Shown: one piece after another, positions 37,719 through 47,755 of the stretch
Layout of the letters: each line of letters begins with the position of its first letter
Numbering within the stretch: the stretch's first letter is position 1
IMG/VR virus record: IMGVR_UViG_3300020454_000007
Direction: 5' to 3' (one strand)
DNA length: 64,000 nt
From: an uncultured virus (IMG/VR IMGVR_UViG_3300020454_000007)
Taxonomy: Duplodnaviria; Heunggongvirae; Uroviricota; Caudoviricetes
The notes under the pieces: generated by a model
The model's database searches: none
What the model saw: the letters and a program-made list of their open reading frames with translations, nothing else
What the model was told of the DNA's origin: nothing
Made by a program: the position numbers and the translations under genes

Positions 37719-38654
37719 ATGCCACAAAAAGGTACAGGCGATTCAGTTAGAGCTTATTTGAGAGATATCGGACGTATCCCACTTCTTGAACACGACGAAG
37801 AAATACTTTTAGGTCGCCAAGTTCAACAGATGATGAAGCTGACGGATATGCAGAAAGAGCTGGAGCTTGATCTGCAAGGTGTAGCTGATGCGATGGAGAT
37901 ACCACTCAAACAACTTAAGCGGGAGATGCGTGATGGCAAGCGTGCGAAAGAAAAGATGGTCACAGCCAACCTTCGTCTGGTGGTGTCTGTTGCCAAAAAG
38001 TACACGAAGAGAAATATGGAACTCTTGGACATCATCCAAGAAGGCACGATTGGTCTCGTCCGTGGTGTTGAAAAGTTTGACCCTGGCCGTGGCTACAAGT
38101 TTTCTACCTACGCTTACTGGTGGATTCGTCAAGGGATCACACGCGCTATCGCGGAGAAAAGTCGAGCAATACGACTACCCATCCATGTTACTGAGAATCT
38201 CAACCGACTTAAGAAAGCCCAGCGTGAACTATCACAGCTGAATGGACGTATGCCAACTGTTGCTGAGTTAGCAGTTGAACTCAACATTACTGACGACGAA
38301 GTCAAAGACCTGATGTGCAAAGCACGTCAACCAACTTCCCTCGAAATTAAAATCGGAGAGAATCGTGACACTGCTTTGGTTGATCTACTCGAAGATGAAA
38401 CGCAAATACCAGAAGACATACTGGAAGCGATGTGCATCAAAGAAGATATCCGAGAGCTTATTGCTGACCTTCCTCAGATGCAGTCAAACGTTATTTCTAT
38501 GCGTTATGGAATTGGAGATGAAATGTTGGAACCGATGTCAATGACAGCTATTGGCCAAGTTTTGAATATGTCTCGTGACCGGGTACGCACACTGGAGCAG
38601 AAAGCGCTGAAAGCTTTGCGTGATAATTCTTCCGGGATCAGTGAATATCTCTAA
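37719..38654 (+). CDS. rpoD: RNA polymerase sigma factor, RpoD/SigA family (cyanobacterial group 2-like)
   Basis: DSVRAYLRDIGRIPLL, ANLRLVVSVAKKY, EKFDPGRGYKFSTYAYWWIRQGITRAI, SRDRVRTLEQKAL; no region 1.1. Confidence 0.93.
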   Translation: MPQKGTGDSVRAYLRDIGRIPLLEHDEEILLGRQVQQMMKLTDMQKELELDLQGVADAMEIPLKQLKREMRDGKRAKEKMVTANLRLVVSVAKKYTKRNMELLDIIQEGTIGLVRGVEKFDPGRGYKFSTYAYWWIRQGITRAIAEKSRAIRLPIHVTENLNRLKKAQRELSQLNGRMPTVAELAVELNITDDEVKDLMCKARQPTSLEIKIGENRDTALVDLLEDETQIPEDILEAMCIKEDIRELIADLPQMQSNVISMRYGIGDEMLEPMSMTAIGQVLNMSRDRVRTLEQKALKALRDNSSGISEYL

Positions 38655-38684
38655 GTACAATAGAGGTATTGCACGGATTAGAGA

Positions 38685-39371
38685 ATGGACGTTTCTAAGC
38701 AAATAGAGCAATACGATAGGCAATACGGCGGTATGGGCAGCACAAAGCAAGAAGCTTTGGTTGCTAACCGTCGTTTGGACTATGCACGTGGTAACACGAT
38801 TCAATCCCCTGCTCAAGAAACTGTCAACGTTTCGCCAGCAGAGATTACATTTGAAGATTCAGTTGGTTTGTTCGGTAGTGAAAATACCTTCATTAAAGTG
38901 AATATGAATATAATTAGTGCAGTTAAAGCAGAAGAACAGGAAGGGCAAGGTGAGTATAGTTCTGCTGTCATTCTGCGCCGTGCTACTGAAGGTGACGCAC
39001 CAACGTACGCCGCTGCATTTATTAATTACGCTATTGACATCAATACTATCAATGACTTTGAGCCAGCAGACTCAAGCGACAACTTGGCACTGTCAACTGA
39101 TTTTATTGTCAGTGTGACGTTAAACAATTTAAAGACTAACAATATCTACGTTGATAGCTGGATTGATGCTCGTCTCTATGGACCAGATCGCAGACCTTTA
39201 GAAGGTGACACCGTATACGTAGGCATACATGATTACTTTTACGTAGGTATCCACGCACGCCGAACCAAAAGACTACCGTACAGAATACAGCTGTCAGTTG
39301 GTCAAACGCTTGGTTCTTTGTTTGAATTAACAGATGAGCAACGTAAATATCTAATCAAGCCACTGACGTAA
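38685..39371 (+). CDS. Hypothetical protein
   Basis: 228 aa; TACAAT at 38656. Confidence 0.7.
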   Translation: MDVSKQIEQYDRQYGGMGSTKQEALVANRRLDYARGNTIQSPAQETVNVSPAEITFEDSVGLFGSENTFIKVNMNIISAVKAEEQEGQGEYSSAVILRRATEGDAPTYAAAFINYAIDINTINDFEPADSSDNLALSTDFIVSVTLNNLKTNNIYVDSWIDARLYGPDRRPLEGDTVYVGIHDYFYVGIHARRTKRLPYRIQLSVGQTLGSLFELTDEQRKYLIKPLT

Positions 39372-40020
39372 TAGTTGCTGAGGCAACACCAGTTCCACCA
39401 GTCTCGGTAATAGTCACAGTCTCCCCAATCTGGAAGGTTGCGTCAGAGCTATTAATGACTTCAAGGTTGACAAACAGATCACCACCAGTGACACCATCTG
39501 CACTTGCAGAAGCACCACTTACGTCACCCAAAATCTCAATAGCAACACCATTCGTATCTTCATTCGTGAAGCCTACCGAGTTACCAACACTACCCAGTGA
39601 CGTGATAGTCAGCGTACCTGTGATCGGATTGTCTGGGAGATTAGAAATGGTGCGCTTAAGCGTTGCTCCACCAGAGATCTTACTGAACTGATATTCCTGC
39701 AAAATAGTATCGTCAGAAGCATTAGCAATGACAACGCGGTCAATACCACGATGAACAGGAAACTTAAACGTGTCTGTCGAATCATCCCACAGCAGTTCGA
39801 TATGAGATTTAAGTGATGTCGGGACAATGCATCTAACATTTCCCTCAGGTCTTGTGACAGTGAAGATAGCGCAATTCACATATTGAACCGATCCCTTCTT
39901 ATCCCACCATTTAGGGAATAGATGAAAGTCACGTCCAGAGGTAGGACGAATGAATGTTAAATCAGTGCCAGTCTGGGCAGTGACATCATCATATCCCTTT
40001 AAAGTAAGACGGTCAGCCAT
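39355..40020 (-). CDS. Hypothetical protein, possibly structural
   Basis: 221 aa with Thr/Gly-rich beta-type C-terminus; TACAAT at 40046-40051 (minus). Confidence 0.7.
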   Translation of the reverse strand: MADRLTLKGYDDVTAQTGTDLTFIRPTSGRDFHLFPKWWDKKGSVQYVNCAIFTVTRPEGNVRCIVPTSLKSHIELLWDDSTDTFKFPVHRGIDRVVIANASDDTILQEYQFSKISGGATLKRTISNLPDNPITGTLTITSLGSVGNSVGFTNEDTNGVAIEILGDVSGASASADGVTGGDLFVNLEVINSSDATFQIGETVTITETGGTGVASATITSVA

Positions 40021-40043
40021 CTTTTACGTCGTCGACAATATCA

Positions 40044-40418
40044 CTATTGTAAATGATTTCTAGTCGACCATTTCAAATTATTTGCTGAACAGTCGGAACG
40101 ATTACCGTTCTTGTGAGTAACTCCAGAGCAACCTTTGCTTCGCCCATAGGGTGTAGGTGATGGTCCTAAGAATGCAAGAGCAACAAGTTTATGAACATAT
40201 ACTGAGACTACAGTTTTGCGTCCAATACGCTGAGTCAAGTTGACCGAGAGATAACCTTTCTTATTTATCTTCGGCTTTAAGATACGCTCTACCGCTCCCT
40301 TAGTGCTTTTAACCTGGCCATATTTGTTTACGTAATACTCTATACAGCACTCAAAACCAGGCAGGCTGTGGATTGGCTTCCACAGTCCTGTATCTACAAA
40401 TTCCATTACCCCTAACAT
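40044..40418 (-). CDS. NUMOD4/HNH homing-endonuclease-like protein
   Basis: WKPI...YVNKYGQVKS...GYLSVNL...VHKLVALAFL...VTHKNGNRSD...NLKW. Confidence 0.8.
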   Translation of the reverse strand: MLGVMEFVDTGLWKPIHSLPGFECCIEYYVNKYGQVKSTKGAVERILKPKINKKGYLSVNLTQRIGRKTVVSVYVHKLVALAFLGPSPTPYGRSKGCSGVTHKNGNRSDCSANNLKWSTRNHLQ

Positions 40419-40521
40419 TTATGGTACTTCACCCATAATAATCAATTAACGAATACTATTTGTATATGTGACTAAGTCGAGGTCACAATAAATACTTTTT
40501 AGTTTCTGGAGATTAATCCTA

Positions 40522-41670
40522 ATGTGGATTGATAATGATTTTCCGAAACTTCTTGGTGCAGAGCTTTATCGTCCCCACCCCGCCTACATAATTGAAATGG
40601 CGGTTGAACCAGTGGTGGTCCACGATTTCAGTAAGCAGCCCGGTCAGACAGTTCAGCTTGACCGCTATCGCTTCTGGGGCAAGCCTGGCACTAAGGAGTC
40701 CCGTGAGCGTACTGCTGACCAAACTCTTGGTACCTCCTCCGCACGCAACATTGTGAAGGACAAGGTGCTGGTTACTCTTCGTGAGTACACCGGACCTGCA
40801 GATACCCGCGATTCCGCTCAGCCTTCAACCTTCAAGGTTGCTCGTGAGACCCTGATCACTGCTCAGCGTCTGCTTCTTGATACTGGCAACCTCAACGTCT
40901 TCCACCAGTCGATCGGAAGCTTGACTTTGCTTGATGACTACCGTCGCTGGCGCGATCGGGTGTTCGCTAACGAACTCCTGAAAGCCGAAGCAAATGGTGC
41001 TGCTGATAAAGAGCAAGGTGGTTACTACCTTCCCGGTGGTAAGGCCAAAGGTGGTTCCGGTGGAACCCTAGGTGTTACTTACGCCGCTGGTGAGTCCGCC
41101 AAGTTTGACATCACCACTGACCTTCTCGAAGTCGTCAAGGACATGCGTAAGCGCAACGTCCCGACCTTCGCTGACGGTTACTACCGCTGCATCGTGGACC
41201 CTACCGCGATGATGCACCTGCGTCAGAATTCTGACTTCCGCGAGATTGCTCGCTACCCCGGCCAAGGCATGATCAACCCGATGCAGCCAAACGCCGCCCC
41301 TAACGCCAACTTCTACCAGGGAATGGGACCGGCATACGGTCAGGCTGGCTTTGTTGCCGGACAACCTGTGATGCCTACCGGCTTCCTGTTTGAAGGCGTT
41401 CGTTGGTTCGAGAGCACCAACCTCCCCGAGACTACCTACAACCTCGTGGTTACCGATAAGTCCAGCTCTGCTGCTGATTACGGCGCATCCCAGCTGGTCT
41501 TCTTTGGTCCTCAGGCAGTCGGCGTCGGCATCGGTGGAAACAATGCTCAGATCCTTCTGAACAACAACGACGACTTCAGCCGCTTCATCATCATGATTTG
41601 GAGCCTGTTTGCTGGGTTTGAAGTTCTGAATAAGGACTTCATCACTGTTGGTTACTCATTCGTTTATTGA
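40522..41670 (+). CDS. Major capsid protein (putative)
   Basis: 382 aa, strong C/T-ending codon bias, PGQTVQLDRY, YRCIVDP...LRQ, GVRWFESTNLP, FGPQAVG features typical of HK97-fold capsids. Confidence 0.8.
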   Translation: MWIDNDFPKLLGAELYRPHPAYIIEMAVEPVVVHDFSKQPGQTVQLDRYRFWGKPGTKESRERTADQTLGTSSARNIVKDKVLVTLREYTGPADTRDSAQPSTFKVARETLITAQRLLLDTGNLNVFHQSIGSLTLLDDYRRWRDRVFANELLKAEANGAADKEQGGYYLPGGKAKGGSGGTLGVTYAAGESAKFDITTDLLEVVKDMRKRNVPTFADGYYRCIVDPTAMMHLRQNSDFREIARYPGQGMINPMQPNAAPNANFYQGMGPAYGQAGFVAGQPVMPTGFLFEGVRWFESTNLPETTYNLVVTDKSSSAADYGASQLVFFGPQAVGVGIGGNNAQILLNNNDDFSRFIIMIWSLFAGFEVLNKDFITVGYSFVY

Positions 41671-41685
41671 TAGGAGTTACTAACT

Positions 41686-42243
41686 ATGTCTGTGATTTAT
41701 CCCGGCAATTACGTTGCCCACCTGAATGCTTACAAAGGACAAGGCGTTGAAGCCCTGCCTGGCGTTGAGTTCTACAAGGCTATCGGTGTTTACACCGCTA
41801 CCAGTACTGTTTCCAGTGGCACCCTTGCTCTGGTAGTTCAGTCCCCTGACCAACGTGGTGACGACAAGCCTCGGCTTGACAAGAACTTCGTCATCCCCGC
41901 TGGTGCAACCATCTACCGCACGGCAGTTGGTGTCTACAACCTGAAGTCAACAGGTTCCGCAACCATCCAGGCAACTGGTATTTCTGGTGGCGTGACCCTT
42001 ACCGCTTCTTCCGGTGCATTCGACGAGAACGGAGCAGCTTCTGCTTTCGATCTCTCCGGTTCACTGTCTGCCCTTGGTTCCGCCACTGCTGTTACCGCAG
42101 CTGCCTCCGCGAACCTTGAGCTGGTTGACGTCAACAGCATCGGTGCTGTTCTCGTTGAGGTTTGCTACTACGTTGACGCTCCTGCTCCTAGCAGCGACGA
42201 CGTTCACCTCCCCTACAAGATTGAAGCTGGTCAGTCTGCCTGA
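41686..42243 (+). CDS. Putative capsid decoration/minor capsid protein
   Basis: Directly after capsid gene with AGGAG RBS, same codon bias, followed by a terminator. Confidence 0.6.
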   Translation: MSVIYPGNYVAHLNAYKGQGVEALPGVEFYKAIGVYTATSTVSSGTLALVVQSPDQRGDDKPRLDKNFVIPAGATIYRTAVGVYNLKSTGSATIQATGISGGVTLTASSGAFDENGAASAFDLSGSLSALGSATAVTAAASANLELVDVNSIGAVLVEVCYYVDAPAPSSDDVHLPYKIEAGQSA

Positions 42244-42262
42244 TCTGCATCAACATAATCAC

Positions 42263-42289
42263 AAGGCCCCCATCGATGGGGCCTTTTTT
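42263..42289 (+). terminator. Intrinsic terminator
   Basis: AAGGCCCC...GGGGCCTT followed by a T run. Confidence 0.85.
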
Positions 42290-42327
42290 GTTGGCTTATA
42301 ATAAACAAAGAAGACTTAAATACCCTA

Positions 42328-42762
42328 ATGTCTAGTAATCTTTTTCAGGATGATAATACTGGTCAGCTTGTAGAATTTATCAACAAGATTGACGGTGAAT
42401 ATGCAATGGTCCGTGATAGTGGCGGTGGCATACGATATGTAAACTTGACTGCACTGACACCTTACTCACAAGAGAAAGGACGTCTTGCCAAAGTAGAAGC
42501 ACCTCAGATTCAACCTGAGAAGGAAGAGGAAGCACCCAAAACTGTTGTGCCTTTGGAAGATACCCGTCTCAACCTCAATACAGCCCCTGCAGAAATTATT
42601 GCCAAGCGCCTGCCCGGCGTTGGATATGCAACAGCTAAGCGTATTGTCGAGCTGCGTATGTCACTTAGCGGTGAGCGTTTCAATAACCTCAAGCAACTTG
42701 AGAACATACCCCGTGTGAATTGGGAGCAACTGATTGAAGATGACCTCATCTTCATTGCTTGA
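42328..42762 (+). CDS. Helix-hairpin-helix DNA-binding protein (ComEA-like C-terminus)
   Basis: RLNLNTAPAE...LPGVGYATAKRIVELR...RFNNLKQL. Confidence 0.8.
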   Translation: MSSNLFQDDNTGQLVEFINKIDGEYAMVRDSGGGIRYVNLTALTPYSQEKGRLAKVEAPQIQPEKEEEAPKTVVPLEDTRLNLNTAPAEIIAKRLPGVGYATAKRIVELRMSLSGERFNNLKQLENIPRVNWEQLIEDDLIFIA

Positions 42763-42790
42763 TAAAATAGTATTACTAAAGGGCAAGTAG

Positions 42791-43186
42791 ATGATTACAC
42801 CTCAGATGGAGCAGTTACTGCTTCAAATGTCTGCTCAGCGCAATCAAGAACAAGAGCCCCTTGGCAACTTAGCCGTAGGAGCTGGTGCTATAGCAGGTGG
42901 ACTAGCTGGTGTAGGCATCACTCAACCACTGCATATGGTTGGTCGTCAATTCGGTAAATTAAATGGTCGTAACCATGTGATGCGCCCTGGAGCACGCATG
43001 GCTGGTGGTGCAGTGTTGGGAATACTCGGTGGCATCGGTGGTGATCAACTCCGTCAAGAGATGATTAGCAACTCACCTGAAGCTGCAATCCTAGCTCGCT
43101 ATCAAACAGGCACTCAGATGCCTGGCGATGATGTACTTCTAGCATCAATGCTTCAGAAGCAATATTCACAAATGGGTATCGGTTGA
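42791..43186 (+). CDS. Glycine-zipper hypothetical protein
   Basis: GAGAIAGGLAGVG and GGAVLGILGGIGG segments. Confidence 0.65.
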   Translation: MITPQMEQLLLQMSAQRNQEQEPLGNLAVGAGAIAGGLAGVGITQPLHMVGRQFGKLNGRNHVMRPGARMAGGAVLGILGGIGGDQLRQEMISNSPEAAILARYQTGTQMPGDDVLLASMLQKQYSQMGIG

Positions 43187-43668
43187 TGGAATTAGATGAT
43201 CTTAGTAAGTCCAAAATTCGTTGGCACTTAGGTTTTAACGCAGGAGCAATGATCCCAGCTGGAGATCGTGCTCGTTTGGAAGAAGCAATGTCCCTAGTGC
43301 CTGATGAGTACTGGTATGGAGAACTGATCAATCACATTAGACGTTGCGACCTGGCATATAAGAACTCAGAGTATTTCCCACAAAATGAAAACGAATCACC
43401 CAATTACTCTAGGTTGGAACAAATTGCGGGTGACGTTGCAAGAACGATGGCAACGAGTGATCCGCTCAAAGGAGACGAATACTTCAGAGAGATCTACCTC
43501 AGAGAAGTGGATCGCCTTGCAGAAAGCTTGTACGTTCCTAACTATCGTCGGCCTGAGCAGCGCCGTTATGCTTTCGAGCGTGCTGGTGCCGATTTTATTC
43601 TTGCTGTACCTGGGCCTGCGGATACAGCCGTTGGGTCCAGAATCCAACTCGCACAGAACTGGCGTTGA
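43186..43668 (+). CDS. Hypothetical protein, candidate head-tail adaptor
   Basis: ~160 aa helical ORF downstream of capsid module; positional inference. Confidence 0.55.
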   Translation: MELDDLSKSKIRWHLGFNAGAMIPAGDRARLEEAMSLVPDEYWYGELINHIRRCDLAYKNSEYFPQNENESPNYSRLEQIAGDVARTMATSDPLKGDEYFREIYLREVDRLAESLYVPNYRRPEQRRYAFERAGADFILAVPGPADTAVGSRIQLAQNWR

Positions 43669-43786
43669 AACCACAAAACCACAGTAACCACGCTGCTTAT
43701 CTATATGTTGAAAATAAATATTAGATAGTAGGGATAGAGGGAATAAGAATAGGGATATATAGAAAACCACAGTAGTTAGCGTGGTT
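43668..43786. repeat. AACCAC/GTGGTT module, copy 3 (inverted)
   Basis: aaaccacaaaaccacagtaaccacgct...aaaataaatattag matches the reverse complement of the 7768-7894 copy. Confidence 0.75.
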
Positions 43787-43819
43787 CTATAATGGATTTA
43801 GGTACATAGAGAGATAGTA

Positions 43820-44251
43820 ATGCAACCTCCTTTTATGGGTAGGCCGGATATTGTCAGGATGAAAGGTGACGGTGACTATGCCTCCAAGTTGAGCCAATCT
43901 CAACAACTGCAGGACAACGCTTTCATCTTCGGAATGCAGCAAGCCCTAGTACAAGGGTCAGGTGCTGCTGTCTCTGCTTCTCGCCACCCCCAGTACGCAA
44001 ACACCAACCGCACGACAGGCGAAACTATCGGCGGTATGAACGGGAACTTTGCACAGCAATCATTTCCAGGCAACAACCCTGGCTTTGATTTCAACCAAAC
44101 TGGATACACCATTTCCGGTCAGTCTGCCACAACTGCTCCTCAGGTTGACCCACGTCAACTAGGACAAGATGCAGCGATGCGTGTTCAGATGATCGCCGCT
44201 GGTAAGCAATACCCCGGATATAACAATCGTCAACAAACATTCCAGGCATAA
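43820..44251 (+). CDS. Gln-rich hypothetical protein
   Basis: 143 aa; TATAAT at 43788. Confidence 0.65.
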   Translation: MQPPFMGRPDIVRMKGDGDYASKLSQSQQLQDNAFIFGMQQALVQGSGAAVSASRHPQYANTNRTTGETIGGMNGNFAQQSFPGNNPGFDFNQTGYTISGQSATTAPQVDPRQLGQDAAMRVQMIAAGKQYPGYNNRQQTFQA

Positions 44252-44253
44252 CA

Positions 44254-44910
44254 ATGGACCCACGTCAAGCTCGCCGTGAAAAGCACGGAGCCGATAAGCC
44301 AGTTAAAAGGTCAGGTACCTCACACGCCGGGTCTCCTGCAGACGCGCTGGTTCCTAACCCTATGCTCCCTCAAGGGAAAAATCATCAGGCACTAAACCAT
44401 AATAATTTCCAAGAACAACCTGCTGGGAACTTGGGTATTGATGGGGATCCACGTCTTCATCCATTTGGAGACAGCATTCAGGAGAACGATGGTCGTGATG
44501 GCTATGTGTCTGGGAACGTGCCACCTTCCGGCACTCCACAGGGATATCTAGGATTCCGTGGGCAGAACCTGCCTCGTGAGACTGGTCAAGTTATGGATAC
44601 TGAAGCCAGCAAATACGACACTCTGGATATGGATTACAACGGAATGCAGGCATTGAATCAGGCGAATAAGAACTATGCCTCTTCCAGGGACAAAACTCCT
44701 TCCTACAACCTTGGTGGTATGGGGATGATGGGCACTGCTGCAATGACCGCTAATCCTCAGCTGCAAGAGCCCCCAACTAGAATGGAAGCTGAACTCGGTA
44801 TGACAGGAATGTCTGCCGCTGGTGAATCACTAAGTATGCAGCCTGTTGGCGGTGAGATGGTTCCAGGTTCCACACCTACAAAGATACAAAAGAAAAAAGG
44901 TAAGAAGTAA
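44254..44910 (+). CDS. Low-complexity hypothetical protein
   Basis: 218 aa ORF in operon. Confidence 0.65.
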   Translation: MDPRQARREKHGADKPVKRSGTSHAGSPADALVPNPMLPQGKNHQALNHNNFQEQPAGNLGIDGDPRLHPFGDSIQENDGRDGYVSGNVPPSGTPQGYLGFRGQNLPRETGQVMDTEASKYDTLDMDYNGMQALNQANKNYASSRDKTPSYNLGGMGMMGTAAMTANPQLQEPPTRMEAELGMTGMSAAGESLSMQPVGGEMVPGSTPTKIQKKKGKK

Positions 44911-45422
44911 TGGCCTCAACATCTACTAACAAACAACCTCTGCTAGTAGACCGCGTATTTAACGAGGTCTACAGTATGAATGACGCCACCATTCTGCAGA
45001 CAGACGTTACTGGTACGAACTTTGCTCAGTTAGTATTGAGCTGCGCCACTAACGATGGTGCTGTAATTGAAGACATCTATACGATTTCTCGTGGACAGGA
45101 TGCTAGTGACAATGACTACGTCGTTAACTTGTATATGTCTAGTGACGTTGATTTCCTTCGGCCCCCCTCTCAATCTGCTGGAGCTGTCACAGGTGGTATC
45201 TTCGTCGGCAGCATTACGGCAGGTTCAACCCTTGGTGCTGTTACTCACTCGACAACAATGCCCTTTGTACTTGCCCCTGTTCCTCAGGTAGGCACTGCAC
45301 AGAAGCTGACTGCGTTCTACGTGCCAAAAGGTAAGAACCTTTGGGCGGCTCGTCAGACCACAGACTTGACAGACAGTATCACCAACGCACCTCTGCTTGG
45401 TGTGCAGGGTGGTTTCTATTGA
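44910..45422 (+). CDS. Putative structural protein
   Basis: 170 aa beta-rich ORF, TAATG-coupled. Confidence 0.6.
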   Translation: MASTSTNKQPLLVDRVFNEVYSMNDATILQTDVTGTNFAQLVLSCATNDGAVIEDIYTISRGQDASDNDYVVNLYMSSDVDFLRPPSQSAGAVTGGIFVGSITAGSTLGAVTHSTTMPFVLAPVPQVGTAQKLTAFYVPKGKNLWAARQTTDLTDSITNAPLLGVQGGFY

Positions 45423-45425
45423 TCA

Positions 45426-47207
45426 ATGCCACGCAAGAAGAACGGTTGGGGACAGGCGGCTAATACTGGTTTTAAAAAGATCAGTCACCGTACAGATGTA
45501 GGAGCTAAACGTAGTGCATCTGGATCTTATCCCAGTGACCGGACGTTTGGTTCTGTTGTTCAACGTTCTGTTATTGAGCAATTCAATATTGACAGCGACT
45601 GGTCCCGCTGGCGTAAAGGACTAGAGTTTTACTATCAGATGGCGTGGTATCGTCTCAACGAATTAGACAAGGATCCATCGTCATCTACATTTGATGAGTA
45701 CATAGATAGTATCTATACAGCAAAGCTATATCAGGGTACTGACCAAGAGTTTAATGTCAGGTTTGACGGCTATAAGTTTGCAACACAGAATTCAGATACC
45801 AACGCTCATTACGTACTAAAGCGTACTCCTATCAATCCACCAGCATTGGGGACCGTAACAGGCGTGCGTGCTGATCGCGCTGCGTACCCAATCAATTTCG
45901 CCAATAAAGAGATTTGGGTATCAGTAAACACCACAGCAGACACACCTCTACTCACGAGCATGAGTGGCGATCGAGTGACTGATGGTGAAACAGAAGCAAC
46001 TCTCAAGCGCGTATTGACGTCTGACGGTCACCCTGCTCTTTATAAAGGGAACTCTAAAGAGACCAAAGTATTTGTAGAAGTGCCTCTAGCAGAGCTACAG
46101 AACAACCCCTTTGTGCAAACAAATAACAATCAGATCAGCTCGTTAGTCGGAAAGATTGGCTACTTAGATGGGCTATACACACGTAGGTCTATAGGTACTG
46201 AAGAGTTTATAGATGCAGTAAATACTTTCAGTGTCAAGATTGATAGTACAGAAGCTGCTCAGTCATTCCAGATACTTGATCAGAATGAACTACCAGCCAC
46301 GCTATATGACATTGCTGGGCTCACTGCTCTGTATACAACAACCAACGCTGTTCCTAAAGTACAGGGTACGTATGAGTTTGATAAAGCTGAATACCAATCA
46401 TTGTTTGGATCACAGTATTTAACAGCACAGCTTGTGGGAAGTGAAGCGTCACAACTCAGTTTTGCAATCTTACCGTTTGAGATACGAAGCATTCTGGATC
46501 AAGGTGACGGCACTGCTTTGATTGAAGCTGAGATATTCCCTGGTGAACTAAAGTTATATGCCAATGCAGACAATGGGTTTCTTGTATTTACGGACTTTAG
46601 TTTTACTAAGCTGGTTCGTGATGCGTACAACGGACAGTACTATCACACACAAACTCCAGGCGGAACAGACTGGATGCGCGTAGAAACAGACATTGATCCG
46701 TGGATGGATGAGATCTTTGCAAGCGGTGGAAACATAGTTCCCGCAACTATCTATAGCTGTAGCTGTCCTAGCTATGCCAGTGCCCAATTGGCTATGCCAG
46801 AGCCAACACAAGATGCAGGGACTCGGGCAAACAACAGACAGAGAAGGTATCCGCTGCCCTCAGCTAAAAGTAAAGCACAGCTGGATGGTGGTAGGTCAGC
46901 GGGTAAAGTCCAAAGCTGGGAGAACGAGAGACGGCGGACTAGCTTCAAGCAATGTAAGCACACCATTGCTGCGAAGTTTATTGAAAAGATTAAGACGCAG
47001 GAGCCTAAGTCATATCCTTCATCAGATGCTAGAGAAGCATTTGAAACAAAACTATCTGCTGAGATTCAAAGCGTAGGTCAAGAGTTTACACAGTCTTATA
47101 AGCGAGGTGAAATGAGTATTAATGAACTCATCCTTGCTATGTCACTAGGCTTGAACTTAGATGAAATTGAACTAGCATACGCTCTACTTAACGGGCAGAT
47201 ACAATAG
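45426..47207 (+). CDS. Hypothetical protein with SWIM-like Zn finger
   Basis: YSCSCPSY ... CKHTIA (CxC...CxH) with a long insertion. Confidence 0.65.
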   Translation: MPRKKNGWGQAANTGFKKISHRTDVGAKRSASGSYPSDRTFGSVVQRSVIEQFNIDSDWSRWRKGLEFYYQMAWYRLNELDKDPSSSTFDEYIDSIYTAKLYQGTDQEFNVRFDGYKFATQNSDTNAHYVLKRTPINPPALGTVTGVRADRAAYPINFANKEIWVSVNTTADTPLLTSMSGDRVTDGETEATLKRVLTSDGHPALYKGNSKETKVFVEVPLAELQNNPFVQTNNNQISSLVGKIGYLDGLYTRRSIGTEEFIDAVNTFSVKIDSTEAAQSFQILDQNELPATLYDIAGLTALYTTTNAVPKVQGTYEFDKAEYQSLFGSQYLTAQLVGSEASQLSFAILPFEIRSILDQGDGTALIEAEIFPGELKLYANADNGFLVFTDFSFTKLVRDAYNGQYYHTQTPGGTDWMRVETDIDPWMDEIFASGGNIVPATIYSCSCPSYASAQLAMPEPTQDAGTRANNRQRRYPLPSAKSKAQLDGGRSAGKVQSWENERRRTSFKQCKHTIAAKFIEKIKTQEPKSYPSSDAREAFETKLSAEIQSVGQEFTQSYKRGEMSINELILAMSLGLNLDEIELAYALLNGQIQ

Positions 47208-47225
47208 AAGAAAAGCATAGATACA

Positions 47226-47744
47226 ATGGCCGATTACGGACCTTTAAGGGCGAACTACCAAAGTATGATCGATGTGCTTAACCTCAAGCGCATTGAGAAT
47301 TATCAGACTCCCCTGGAATATCCTGCAAACTTTGCGGGTATGGTTGCTGCTCTTACAGACTTAAACTGGGGTCAAGGTAGTACAGGCGTACAGCCACCAA
47401 GCTGGGATGCTGCTAACGAAGAGTATTTACAGCCGCCTAGTGAAGGCGCTCTATGGTTTGACAAACGTCAAGGCAGGCTATTTATATACGTAAATGGTGA
47501 TTGGTACCAAACTAATGGTGGTGATGGATACGCCACAGTTCAGTCAACAATTGAACCAACAAATGGCCTTAGAGGTCAGTTTTGGCTTGAGTTTTTAAGT
47601 AAAGAATTGTACGTCCACGATGGCATTGGCTTCGTGCCCGTTCAATCTTCTGCTGTGCTTAATAGAGATTCAATTAAAGCTGTATTGAATGCATCTGCTG
47701 ACTACGCCAGTTTCAAAACAAATATGCTAAATTTAATCGGTTGA
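47226..47744 (+). CDS. Putative tail/fibre-associated protein
   Basis: Two GALWFD...GRLFIY...W-type modules, also seen in fibre 55235..57412. Confidence 0.6.
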   Translation: MADYGPLRANYQSMIDVLNLKRIENYQTPLEYPANFAGMVAALTDLNWGQGSTGVQPPSWDAANEEYLQPPSEGALWFDKRQGRLFIYVNGDWYQTNGGDGYATVQSTIEPTNGLRGQFWLEFLSKELYVHDGIGFVPVQSSAVLNRDSIKAVLNASADYASFKTNMLNLIG

Positions 47745-47755
47745 TAACTATAACT

